A stretch of DNA of 64,000 bases from an uncultured Poribacteria bacterium (GCA_951813565.1 OX638351.1:224001-288000), one strand, 5' to 3'; shown: positions 21,664 through 31,261, counted from the stretch's first letter. Numbers and translations are program-made. Notes: generated by a model not told the origin, from the sequence alone.

Positions 21664-21841
21664 CATAAGCGTCAACTTAAGAAAAAAATGTTGGGTTTTC
21701 TCTTGTGGGAGGGCTTTCTAAGCCCGATTTTGTGAGACCCAAGCCGTTAAATCGGGGTTGAAAACCCGACAAATGCCAAAAAGCGCATTTGGCGTTGATT
21801 CACTCCCACAAGAAAGATTGGACGCTAAATTGACACCTATG
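21664..21841. mobile_element. IS4-derived MITE inserted in a REP with a 20-bp direct repeat
   Basis: CATAAGCGTCAACTTAAG...AATTGACACCTATG; GGTAGAGCGAACGCGAAACC on both sides. Confidence 0.82.
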
Positions 21842-21923
21842 GGTAGAGCGAACGCGAAACCCAACGGACAATACTATCTAAATCATTAACGCATGTGATA
21901 AAAAAACCAGAAAAACCGAAAAC

Positions 21924-22083
21924 TATAGTGAACTTTGAAATTATTGGGACACTTTGATAAACTTATCTTGGAAAGATAATGGACAATAGAAGTTGTAGCA
22001 CAACCTTTTAGTTTGTGCCTTATGAGACGCAAACTAAAAGGTTGCGCTACAGAAGTGTCCCATTAATTATAGGTTTTACTATA
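21924..22083. mobile_element. MITE-like element with an internal inverted REP pair
   Basis: TATAGT...ACTATA ends and TGGGACACTT/AAGTGTCCCA subterminal inverted repeats. Confidence 0.55.
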
Positions 22084-22109
22084 AATTCTATTTCAATATC
22101 ATACTGAAC

Positions 22110-22928
22110 TTAACGCGTTGTTTTGAGATGACCCCATGTCGTTGTTGCTTTTCCAGCAGGTTCAACGGGGGTAGCTACATCAGTCTGTTGTGAGATAAAG
22201 TCAATCATCTCAATGAGTATTTGACCGCGAGGGAGGGTTCCGTTGTTTCCCTCCTGCATACAAATACCAACACGACCACTGCTATTGTTCAACTTGATGA
22301 TACCCGGGTCAAAGAATCCGGCACCGTTATCTCCAAAAGCGGCTTCAACGCTCCAGGGATCAACAATCTGATCACTTTTGAACGGTCGGTTAGAGGTATA
22401 ATCTACCAATGAAGGTGTGTATTTTTTTCCCACGTCAGTCGGTGTAATCTGCGTTCCATCACCCCACATATCAGCATTGATATTGATTATGGTCTTCAAC
22501 CCATTCTCGCCGTTTGCACCACCACCTTCAGTAACATAGAAGATGTAATCACAACAATTCAGAATGATATTGCCGCCGTAGAGGAACCTTTCAGCAATAG
22601 AATCGTCAACTTGCGAATTTCCTGGGGTGTAAAGCGTTGTTGGGAACCATCCAAAAATGATGAGAATGTCTGCCACACCATCGTCAATACGTTCTTCTGC
22701 ATACGGACCGATTTCAGCATCGGTTTTATAAACAACTTCGCCAACAGAAGGTACGTCATTTTTCAGGTTGTCAAAGACAATTTTGCGCTGAATATCACCA
22801 TTCTCTTGTGAAATCCATCCCACGCCTTCGCTAAAAATCGCAACATCACCGAGCGCTGCCCAACTTGATGCCGTAACAGTAAAGGCAAACAAGATAATAA
22901 ATAAGATTAACAATTGTCTCATTTTCAT
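22110..22928 (-). CDS. secreted hypothetical protein (paralog of 23418-24236)
   Basis: Signal peptide; C-terminal PVEPAGKATTTWGHLK; AAGGAG RBS. Confidence 0.85.
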   Translation of the reverse strand: MKMRQLLILFIILFAFTVTASSWAALGDVAIFSEGVGWISQENGDIQRKIVFDNLKNDVPSVGEVVYKTDAEIGPYAEERIDDGVADILIIFGWFPTTLYTPGNSQVDDSIAERFLYGGNIILNCCDYIFYVTEGGGANGENGLKTIININADMWGDGTQITPTDVGKKYTPSLVDYTSNRPFKSDQIVDPWSVEAAFGDNGAGFFDPGIIKLNNSSGRVGICMQEGNNGTLPRGQILIEMIDFISQQTDVATPVEPAGKATTTWGHLKTTR

Positions 22929-23008
22929 TTTTTTCTCCTTTTAGATTTGACTCAATTGATCAATGATCTGTAGGGATGTGCCGTTTGTTACGTCCCTACA
23001 GATACAAG

Positions 23009-23417
23009 GTCATAGGTACCCACTACCTAAAGGTAGGGGCTTGTGCTTCCTCGCGACTGCGGTTTTCGCTTAGCGTCCACCGTCTTAGTGTCGCTCCACT
23101 TTAGGCAGCCAAGCCTGCCCGTTTTATTTATTTTTCGCAATGTCGTGGGTTGGCTCTGTTTCCACCCATTTTATAGCTGCCCTTTCTACCAGGCACGCCA
23201 CGCGACAAGTCCTTAGACTTCGGGAGGGGTTGCCTCCGCTCACGCATTCCAGTCTGCAGTGCTGCAGTGGCTTGATATGGACGCTATCCACCAACTTTAT
23301 AGATTTCGTTATAGCGATGGGTTTTATTCCGCTTTCGCTGGACATTTTGTGATGTCCATCACATTGTTAGCCGTCTACATTCCACAAGCTAAAGCATGGG
23401 GATTTGACGGGGGAGTG
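23009..23417 (-). mobile_element. non-autonomous IS605 derivative (both ends, omegaRNA region and structured cargo)
   Basis: 23009-23124 is the reverse complement of 5894-6009 with 2 mismatches; left end resembles 4258-4306. Confidence 0.9.
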
Positions 23418-24236
23418 TTAAAAATCAGATTTGATATGTGCCCACGTGGTAGTAACTTTTTCATTGGGATCGACTGCTGCTGCACCGAGAGCGTCAGCCA
23501 AATAATTATCAATCATTTCGGCGAAGACCTCACCCCGTGGAAGTCCGTCATTACCAGATATTTGATAAGCGATGCCGATTCGCCCATCGGTTTTTGTGTC
23601 GTGAACAATGACTGGATCCAGGAGTCCGGCACCATTATCCCCGAAAACAACCTCAACTTCCCATGGATCAACAATCTGAGCTGCCTTGAATGTACGTGCT
23701 GAGGTAAAAGCAGCAAGACTGGGTGTATATTTCTTACCGTCGTCTGTTGGTTTGATGGCGGTACCATCTGCCCACATGTCGGCATTGATGTCCATCATAT
23801 TTTTCAAGCCTTGTTCGCCGTTGGTACCAGCACCATGCACCACGTAAAAGATATAATCCGCCGTGTTCAGGAAGATATTTCCGCCTTCAAGGAATGTCTC
23901 GGCCACAGAATCGTCAGGTTTCCCATTACCGGGTGGATAGAGTGTCGCTGGAAAGTCACCAAAGGTAACGATAATATCCGCTTGACCGTTGTCGGTGTGG
24001 TCTTCTGCCCATGACTCAATTTCTTTTTCGGTTAATGTGACAACCTTTTTGGGCTTCTTGAGAAGTTCAGCCAATTCTTCTCCTTCTCTTACTGCGGCGG
24101 GTTGTCCCATCCAGCCGGCTCGTTCAGTATAGATTGCAACTTCTCCGAGGGGCGCGGCTACGCTTATAGTCGGGGTTATGGCTATCGCAACAAAATACCC
24201 GACGGCGAATGCCGTAAAAATAATCAATTTTTTCAT
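23418..24236 (-). CDS. secreted hypothetical protein (paralog of 22110-22928)
   Basis: Signal peptide; shared blocks GGNI.LN..DYIFYV, INADMW.DGT, GKKYTPSL; C-terminal AVDPNEKVTTTWAHIK. Confidence 0.85.
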   Translation of the reverse strand: MKKLIIFTAFAVGYFVAIAITPTISVAAPLGEVAIYTERAGWMGQPAAVREGEELAELLKKPKKVVTLTEKEIESWAEDHTDNGQADIIVTFGDFPATLYPPGNGKPDDSVAETFLEGGNIFLNTADYIFYVVHGAGTNGEQGLKNMMDINADMWADGTAIKPTDDGKKYTPSLAAFTSARTFKAAQIVDPWEVEVVFGDNGAGLLDPVIVHDTKTDGRIGIAYQISGNDGLPRGEVFAEMIDNYLADALGAAAVDPNEKVTTTWAHIKSDF

Positions 24237-24648
24237 GAAAATCTCCTTTATGAAAGTTTACGGTAAAGTTCCTAAAACTACATTAGGAATCCTCACGCGT
24301 TGTGTTACTAAATATTAGGTGAGAGTATCCCACCTTCTTCAAATAAAATAGCCCACACATTCTCCATGTTAGATGGAGAGCGTACGGGCGCGATGAAATA
24401 TTGAGGGTTACTACCGATTTTTACTTGTTCGTTAACCTGTATATTATTACAAGTGTTAATGTGTTGAGGGGGGGGGGGTACTAACTTAAAGTTAATAGGG
24501 CGCATAGTAGACGAGGACATAGAAAGGATAGAGACAAACCAACTGTAGAGTTGACTTATTCTAATTGAGGTCGGTTTTTCAACATTGGGGTTGATATTAG
24601 TATTTTGCATTTTTGTAATGTTTGAGAATCTGTCTTATAGTAAATTAT

Positions 24649-24894
24649 ACGACTTGTGCCAGTTAAGTGAAAGTTTTGTTGTTTTTCACAATTGTTCATG
24701 TTTTGGAATCAACGCCAAATACGCTTTTGGCATTTGGCCGGAGCGATCTCCGAATCGCGACACGTTTGCAGTCGGGAATCGGAGTTCCCTCCTACCTTGA
24801 GGACAGCAGCTATCGGAAAAGTTGCGAAACGCAAACCCAAACAAGGGGAACATGTGAAATATAAATATACCAAATGTTAACTGGCACAACGCGT
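24649..24894. mobile_element. MITE (ACGACTTGTGCCAGTTAA ends) with a 7-bp TSD
   Basis: Terminal inverted repeats; AAATTAT on both flanks; related copy at 36073-36398. Confidence 0.75.
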
Positions 24895-25219
24895 AAATTA
24901 TGTAAATAAATTCACATATATTCTGTAGGAGCGATCTCCGAATCGCGACGAAACCACTAATAGTCGGGAATCGGAGTTCCTTCGGACAGCTCAGATGTCC
25001 AGTTAATTGTAGAATCCGCTATAATACCGATCAGACATCAATTACCCTTCTGGTTGCCTATAGTGAATAAAACCTTATTTAAAATTTCTCATCACGCTAA
25101 TTTCGTGAACTTGTTGCGATTATACAAAACTTTAAAAAAAATGTCAAGAAAATATTTGCCATCTTAAAAAAATTGGAAATTTTGCAAAAAAAAAAAGAGG
25201 ACATTCAGCAGAGGTGGAT

Positions 25220-26485
25220 TTAGGGCAGATCAGGTTTTCTTAACAGGTATTCAAGCGGTGATTGACCTGTCAGAGTCAGTAGAAATTCAACTAAATCATT
25301 TGCTTCTTGTTCAGTGAGGTTGAGCGGTTCAAGTGTGCCTTCACGCATGCCGACAAATCCTGATGGAACGCCACCTGCATTGTTAAAGTCAATGATAGAA
25401 TTTAATGTTGGAAACTCACCTGTATGGAAGTACGGGGCAGTGAGCGCGACATTTCGGAGTGTTGGTGTTTTAAACTGTCCTTGATGTTGTTGTGTCGGTT
25501 CCAAGAAATTCAGTATTCTTTGGGGAATTTCTGGCGCATCGCTATAGGGACCACCACCATTAAACGGGTTGTCTAAGAGTTGCTTAATGCCATCATACCT
25601 TCCCGTGTCTTCTGGAAGTTTGCCTTGTGGAACACCAAGATTATGAAATTCGTTGTCTGTGAAGTTAGGGTTATCGTGGCAGAGAATACAAACCCCTTTT
25701 CCGATAAAGATCTTTAAGCCACGTTTAGCTTCAATTCCGATCACATCCAAATCACCTGCTACATATTGATCGAACGGCGCATTACGACTAATCAAGAGTC
25801 GTTCGTAAGCCTCTATTGCCTTACCAATATTTGCAAAAACAGTATTAACTGCTATCTTGTCCTTTTCGGTCATATTGTCAAACTGAACATCACCCGGTTT
25901 GCCCTCAAGTGGAAAGCGGGTAGTATCTGCCAAATTAGGTAATGGATCAAATACCGCTTCATAATCGTCTTGATACAGACGTTTAATGAGGTGTGCATAC
26001 TGAAGACGCGTGCCTGCTTGTTCTGTCTCACCTTCAAGAGCAAATAGTGCTTGCGACCAAAGTGTATCCGCTCTGCCATCCCAAAACTGCCATTTGTTGT
26101 AGGCAACATTAAGCAGTGTTGGTGCGTTTCTCGTGCCTCTCCCGACCCCTAATGAAGTCGCTTCAACGTCTGCGAATCCGTAAAAAGGTGAGTGACAAGT
26201 TGCACATGCAACGGTGCCATCTTTTGAAAAACGTTCATCAAAGAAAAACATCTGTCCTAATCGTGCGGCATCAGGATTGTCGGCAACACGATTTGTAGGA
26301 TTTGGTGGAGGTGTGGCGGGTAGAGGAGATAAACGTTGAATTACTGCCCATTCACGTTCTGTAAAGATATCTACTTCTTTTTTAATATCTTCATTGATTG
26401 GCAGAGAACTTTCATCTCCGCAACCGATAAAGAATATTGTGATGCAGCAGATAATCCAAAGAGTGATTGAGCGGGTAAGTTTCAT
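25220..26485 (-). CDS. di-heme cytochrome c peroxidase/MauG-family lipoprotein
   Basis: CATCH and CILCH heme motifs, RNAPT, FWDGRA, FKTPTLRN, PYFH.G; lipobox IGC. Confidence 0.9.
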   Translation of the reverse strand: MKLTRSITLWIICCITIFFIGCGDESSLPINEDIKKEVDIFTEREWAVIQRLSPLPATPPPNPTNRVADNPDAARLGQMFFFDERFSKDGTVACATCHSPFYGFADVEATSLGVGRGTRNAPTLLNVAYNKWQFWDGRADTLWSQALFALEGETEQAGTRLQYAHLIKRLYQDDYEAVFDPLPNLADTTRFPLEGKPGDVQFDNMTEKDKIAVNTVFANIGKAIEAYERLLISRNAPFDQYVAGDLDVIGIEAKRGLKIFIGKGVCILCHDNPNFTDNEFHNLGVPQGKLPEDTGRYDGIKQLLDNPFNGGGPYSDAPEIPQRILNFLEPTQQHQGQFKTPTLRNVALTAPYFHTGEFPTLNSIIDFNNAGGVPSGFVGMREGTLEPLNLTEQEANDLVEFLLTLTGQSPLEYLLRKPDLP

Positions 26486-26594
26486 TCTTTCTTACTTCAG
26501 ATGTAGGGCGAGGTCTCTGTGCCTCGCCCATTCTTGGTAGGCAAACAACGGACGGGCACAGAGACCCGCCCTACGACTTTAAAGTGATTTGACA

Positions 26595-27500
26595 TTACTC
26601 CACTTTAGGAGCATCCATCGCACATCGAAATCCGATTATCTGTCCACTGGCGACAATATCGTCATATTCTCGAAAAGCGCACCGCATGTGATCTAAACCG
26701 GCAAACCAACTGGCGCCTCGCCAAGACTTTTTCCCCATTCCGCTTGTTTTTGGTCCTTTTGGGTTTTCCTTTGGACTCACCGAATAGTAATCCGTGTCAA
26801 ACCAGTCTGACACCCATTCTGCGACGTTTCCAACCATGTTGACAGCGCCGTAAGGGCTTGCACCTTGATGAAAACTATCCACAGGCGCGGCCATTGCAAA
26901 TCCATCCAGATGTCCATCAAACTTTCCTTCGTCATCAAAGTTGCATTTTGTTGGATCGAATTCATTACCCCAGGGCCAGATACGTCCGTCTGTGCCGCGT
27001 GCTGCCTTTTCCCATTCCGCTTCAGTCGGCAATCGTTTTCCAACCCATTCTGCATAGGCTGCAGCGTCGCCCCATGTTACACCGACAACCGGTTGATCTG
27101 GATGATTGAATTTTGGATTATCCCAAAATATAGAATTCCGATGACCTGTCGCTGCAACAAATTTGGAATAGTCAGCATTAGAGACTTCAAATTTATCAAT
27201 AAAAAAAGCATCTAAATATACCTTATGTTGCGGGAGTTCATCAAGCGGGTCTGCCATCGGGTCTTTATCTGGATCGCTTCCCATAAGAAAATCGCCAGCA
27301 GGGACAAACACCATTCCTTCGGGAATGTCTATTGTATTTTCCTCTTCTTTTGGAAGTTCCTCCAAAATTTCCATTTCATCGGTTGGTTCTAAAACTTCTT
27401 CTTCTACAGGGATTTTTTCGTCGCCGCCACAACCGGATAGCACAAACATCAATAGTATCAAGAGACATATCAATGATTTCAATTTATTTTGTATTTTCAT
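26595..27500 (-). CDS. FGE/SUMF1-domain lipoprotein
   Basis: F.MGS, RLPTEAEWEKAARG, NMVGNVAEW, GFRC; lipobox LSGC; the ORF-track extension runs into the MITE. Confidence 0.88.
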   Translation of the reverse strand: MKIQNKLKSLICLLILLMFVLSGCGGDEKIPVEEEVLEPTDEMEILEELPKEEENTIDIPEGMVFVPAGDFLMGSDPDKDPMADPLDELPQHKVYLDAFFIDKFEVSNADYSKFVAATGHRNSIFWDNPKFNHPDQPVVGVTWGDAAAYAEWVGKRLPTEAEWEKAARGTDGRIWPWGNEFDPTKCNFDDEGKFDGHLDGFAMAAPVDSFHQGASPYGAVNMVGNVAEWVSDWFDTDYYSVSPKENPKGPKTSGMGKKSWRGASWFAGLDHMRCAFREYDDIVASGQIIGFRCAMDAPKVE

Positions 27501-27517
27501 AGTTAGATGAGTTAATT

Positions 27518-27706
27518 GAGAGGTGTGCATAAATAATTCCGATGTTAAATATGCGCTTAAAGGTAGTAGGCACGCTCCGCGTGCCGTAACCAAATTCAAA
27601 GAGGCGCAATGAATTGCGCGACTACAAACGCATTTCTATAAATCAAGCGGCACCTGGCGTTTGTCCCTGTCTGTGTTGATGCGCCAAATATTTATGCACA
27701 CCCCTC
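27518..27706. mobile_element. MITE with an 8-bp TSD containing two REPs
   Basis: GAGAGGTGTGCATAAATA...TATTTATGCACACCCCTC flanked by AGTTAATT. Confidence 0.8.
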
Positions 27707-27756
27707 AGTTAATTAAGAGAAATTCTGAAAGAAACGCTTTTGTTGCTGAAGAAATA

Positions 27757-28620
27757 TTAAGGTGTTTTTGCACAACGAAATCCAACGGAACTACTGTGAT
27801 CGCTGCATTGGGCAGGATAGATATAAAAAACTGTAGCCCGTGTATCACCCGGACCATTTGTCCACGAACCACCGCGAATTGTGTAGACTTTTTCGTTAGT
27901 CAGATCGGATTTGCCGTTTACGAGGACCCCTTCTACTTGATTTTCAGCGAGCGTACTTGTTACCCATTCCCAAACATTACCTGACATGTCATGCAGCCCG
28001 TACGGGCTAATCCCTTTCCCGAAACTCCCTACCGGAGCAGTTTGCATTCCGTATCCATCCAAATTGCCGTTCATCTGTCCATTGTCATCAAAATTCCCCA
28101 GCGATGCTTCATAACCATTACCCCAAGGATAGAGGCGACCATCTATACTACGTGCTGCTTTTTCCCACTCAATATCAGTAGGTAATCTTTTTCCAGCCCA
28201 TTTGGCATAAATCTCTGCGTCTTCCCAATTAACACCAACAACGGGTTGGTCAGGTGCATTGAGCGATGGGTTACCCCAAAATTTCGGTTTCCGATGTCCT
28301 GTTTCCGACAAGAATTTTGCGTATTGTCCGTTTGTAACCTCATACTTATCAATGTAAAACGTTTCCACAAAAACAACATGCGAATCAACTTCATTACCAA
28401 AAGTTAGATCAGTTTTTTCATCTGTGCCGATGCTCACTTCGCCTGCAGGAATCAAAACCATCTCTTCAACATCAATAACCGCATGATTATCTTGTGCATC
28501 GGGTTGGATAAGATGCTCTGGTTTCTCTTCATTGCTGCAGGCTAATAAACCGATGTTCAATACGATAAAGAAAAATAAGAAGTGGTATAATTTCACATTA
28601 TTTTTCATGTCAGGAACCAA
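27757..28620 (-). CDS. FGE/SUMF1-domain lipoprotein
   Basis: EVTN, RLPTDIEWEKAAR, DMSGNVWEW, RGGSW, GFRC; lipobox LAC. Confidence 0.88.
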   Translation of the reverse strand: MVPDMKNNVKLYHFLFFFIVLNIGLLACSNEEKPEHLIQPDAQDNHAVIDVEEMVLIPAGEVSIGTDEKTDLTFGNEVDSHVVFVETFYIDKYEVTNGQYAKFLSETGHRKPKFWGNPSLNAPDQPVVGVNWEDAEIYAKWAGKRLPTDIEWEKAARSIDGRLYPWGNGYEASLGNFDDNGQMNGNLDGYGMQTAPVGSFGKGISPYGLHDMSGNVWEWVTSTLAENQVEGVLVNGKSDLTNEKVYTIRGGSWTNGPGDTRATVFYIYPAQCSDHSSSVGFRCAKTP

Positions 28621-28648
28621 AATAATGTTAGCGTCGTCTGGGGCTTTT

Positions 28649-29623
28649 CTATTCAGTAGTTTCGGAGGTTAAAGATAGGAACAATTCCTCTAAACTCATC
28701 TCATCGGTACGCATTTCAAGCAGATTCCATCCATTACTGACAATCGATTTTGATACCTCTGCACGGATATCGTCTGTGAAAGCATACTGAATGTGGAATG
28801 TTAACATATCATCCACCTCTATGTGAGACTGGTCCACAGAAATAACGTCAGTGATATTTTTGAGTGCTTCTATGATGTTATTCGGTTGTCCACCAGTCAC
28901 CGCAAGCGTGAGCGTCTTTGTAGCAGTTTCGTTTTCTGTTTTAATCGGGGTTTGGTTTGAAACAGCCCGACCGTTTGACAATTGAACATCACCTGTAATT
29001 TTGCCTTTACTGAGAATCAGCAGACGTTCACACGTTTGACTTGCTTCGGGGAGAATGTGGGTGCTAAAAAGAATAGTGCGTTCTTTGCCAAGTTTCTTGA
29101 TTAATTCTCGTATTTCAACGATTTGGCGAGGGTCTAAACCGGAGGTCGGTTCATCAAGAATTAGGACTTCGGGGTCATGAATCAAAGCTTGTGCTAAACC
29201 GACGCGTTGCCGAAAACCACGGGATAGTTGTCCAATAATTTGATTACGTCTTTCGGTTAATCCGCAAGATTCAATAGCAATATCTAACCGTTCTTTGATG
29301 TGTTTACGCGAAACACCTCGGATTTTTGCCATGTAGGAAAGATACTTTGTGACGGTCATTTCAGTATAAAGCGGTATGTTTTCGGGGAGATATCCGATTC
29401 GTTCGCGTACCTCACGCGATTCTTTGAACACATCGTATCCTGCAACAGTGACCTTTCCACTACTTGCAGGCATAAAGCAGGTCAGAATCCGCATCGTTGT
29501 TGTTTTACCGGCTCCGTTGGGTCCAAGAAAACCAACAATTTGCCCTTTGTCTACGCTAAAGGATATATCCTTGAGTGCCTGAAATGGACCGTAGTTTTTT
29601 GAAAGATTTTGAACTTCAATCAT
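28649..29623 (-). CDS. ABC-2 type transporter ATP-binding protein
   Basis: GPNGAGKTT, LSRGFRQR, DEPTSGLDP. Confidence 0.92.
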   Translation of the reverse strand: MIEVQNLSKNYGPFQALKDISFSVDKGQIVGFLGPNGAGKTTTMRILTCFMPASSGKVTVAGYDVFKESREVRERIGYLPENIPLYTEMTVTKYLSYMAKIRGVSRKHIKERLDIAIESCGLTERRNQIIGQLSRGFRQRVGLAQALIHDPEVLILDEPTSGLDPRQIVEIRELIKKLGKERTILFSTHILPEASQTCERLLILSKGKITGDVQLSNGRAVSNQTPIKTENETATKTLTLAVTGGQPNNIIEALKNITDVISVDQSHIEVDDMLTFHIQYAFTDDIRAEVSKSIVSNGWNLLEMRTDEMSLEELFLSLTSETTE

Positions 29624-29916
29624 TTTTGGCTATTTCTTACTTTAATTTACCTGTTTGAGAGTTCTGCCAATATTCATCTTCTTACGGTAAGGTTGGCGGT
29701 TCAGGATTGTGAGTTTTTCTCCGTGTCGGACTTTTATTTTCTACGTTGTGTTTACATTTCATCAAAATTGTCGGAAAGTCAGTGCCTATTGGAATTTGCG
29801 TCTATAGATCGAATGAATCCTGCAGAACTATGAAAACCTTGCCAGGACTGGATCCGGAGCCAAAATGTAAACACTACCTACATATTTCTATAATTCACCA
29901 TAAATGTCAGTGTGTG

Positions 29917-30639
29917 TCAAAGTTCACCGATGCAGAACACGGTATTCTTTGCTTCTAAACTCCGAATTTCGGAATAGTGGTAAACTTGGGTAACTTCCAC
30001 CCCATTTTTAATGATGGCAGTGGGGCGTTCGATAACGAAGTCAGCGAAGTGCGATGCATTGAAAGCAACGTAGGCGAGGCTGAACGTCTCAATCTGCCGA
30101 TCATATCGCTTTGACAGATCTGGAAATAGAACAATTCCTGTATCAACTTGGTAGATGCCTACGTTTTCATCTATGTTCATCGTTTTAACCGGACACTCAA
30201 TAATTGCCCGCTGATGTGTATTGGTATCCCATATTTCTGTGTGCGTTACGATGGGTAGACATTTTTGTGTCGCCTCAAAAATAGCTGCGTTGCTATCAAG
30301 TACCCGGACCTGCGATGCCTCTTGAACATCAAACAGGGGACCACCCCAATAATCCTGCGCCGATCTATACTCAACGTAGTTATCGTTACAATAAGCATGC
30401 CTTCTGAATACCGCTATATGTTCTTCGCCAAAAACAGGGAGGAAGTCATAGTTTGGATTTGTGAAGAGATTTTTCTCCGCAAAGGTGTGTTCACTCTTAC
30501 ACGAACCACATTGGTAATAATCGCTGAAACTTCCATCTGTGTTATCTATGATGCGGCATCGAGATTCGACCCAAAAGCGAGGGGAATTTCCGTTGCCAAC
30601 AGAGTTGATAAAAGAAAGTCCGTAATCAAGGCAATTCAT
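29917..30639 (-). CDS. hypothetical protein
   Basis: 240-aa ORF with protein-like composition and a CGSCKSEH motif. Confidence 0.7.
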   Translation of the reverse strand: MNCLDYGLSFINSVGNGNSPRFWVESRCRIIDNTDGSFSDYYQCGSCKSEHTFAEKNLFTNPNYDFLPVFGEEHIAVFRRHAYCNDNYVEYRSAQDYWGGPLFDVQEASQVRVLDSNAAIFEATQKCLPIVTHTEIWDTNTHQRAIIECPVKTMNIDENVGIYQVDTGIVLFPDLSKRYDRQIETFSLAYVAFNASHFADFVIERPTAIIKNGVEVTQVYHYSEIRSLEAKNTVFCIGEL

Positions 30640-30759
30640 TGATTTTCCCTTAGGTGTGGTATATGATTTATTAAACTCATTCTATCCCAACAGTGTTCAC
30701 CTGTCAATCGGCATCTCTTGTTTCATCTACCCCACTGTCCCTTTCTTTTTTATATCTTA

Positions 30760-30872
30760 TACCATTTCTGAAAAATAACTTCTCATTAACAAAAACGTGT
30801 TCGTAGTCGCGCAATTCATTGCGCCTCTTACATATTTCTTTTCAAAAGAGAAAATAATTCATAGAATTGGTA
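30760..30872. mobile_element. MITE (same family as 7651-7814) with an uninterrupted REP
   Basis: TACCATTTCTG...AGAATTGGTA. Confidence 0.7.
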
Positions 30873-30875
30873 TTA

Positions 30876-30964
30876 TACTAAATTAACGAGAATTGTATTG
30901 TTTTCACTGCCGATGGTAAGGGCGGGCACAGAGACCCGCCCCTACGATTTTGGGTAATTTGGTA
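30876..30964. mobile_element. 89-bp MITE with a REP; inverted copy at 43645-43733
   Basis: TACTAAATT...AATTTGGTA ends; near-identical second copy. Confidence 0.75.
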
Positions 30965-31069
30965 TTACACATTGCGGAAGCCTTATTGAATTGAAGCAAA
31001 TAGATTAATAAATTCCGATGCCTAAAACGAGCCAGATAGCACCTAACCTACATAAGATTCAGAAACAAC

Positions 31070-31234
31070 TAGAGCGTATCTCATAAATCTTATGTAGGGC
31101 GAGGTCCCTGTGCCTCGCCATCTCTCAAAAGTGCAAACAACGGGCGGGCACAGGGACCCGCCCCTACAATAGAAGTGCGTGTTAGAAAAAACAGAGCGAA
31201 ATCTAACAAAATTATATTTATGAGATACGCTCTA
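31070..31234. mobile_element. MITE with a perfect 19-bp TIR containing an inverted REP pair
   Basis: TAGAGCGTATCTCATAAAT...ATTTATGAGATACGCTCTA. Confidence 0.82.
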
Positions 31235-31261
31235 CATAGATTTTCAATACATCAAAACATT

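Noticed and set aside
23124..23345. 73-aa ORF inside the mini-IS
   Set aside because: No RBS, no recognisable motif, and no similarity to TnpA or TnpB.
23009..23417. IStron (group I intron-IS605 hybrid)
   Set aside because: The element is preceded by A rather than U and ends in C rather than G, and there is no convincing P7/J8-7 core. Kept only as an unidentified structured RNA.
26595..28620. Diversity-generating retroelement targets (FGE/CLec fold)
   Set aside because: No reverse transcriptase or template repeat with adenine-specific differences is visible in the window.
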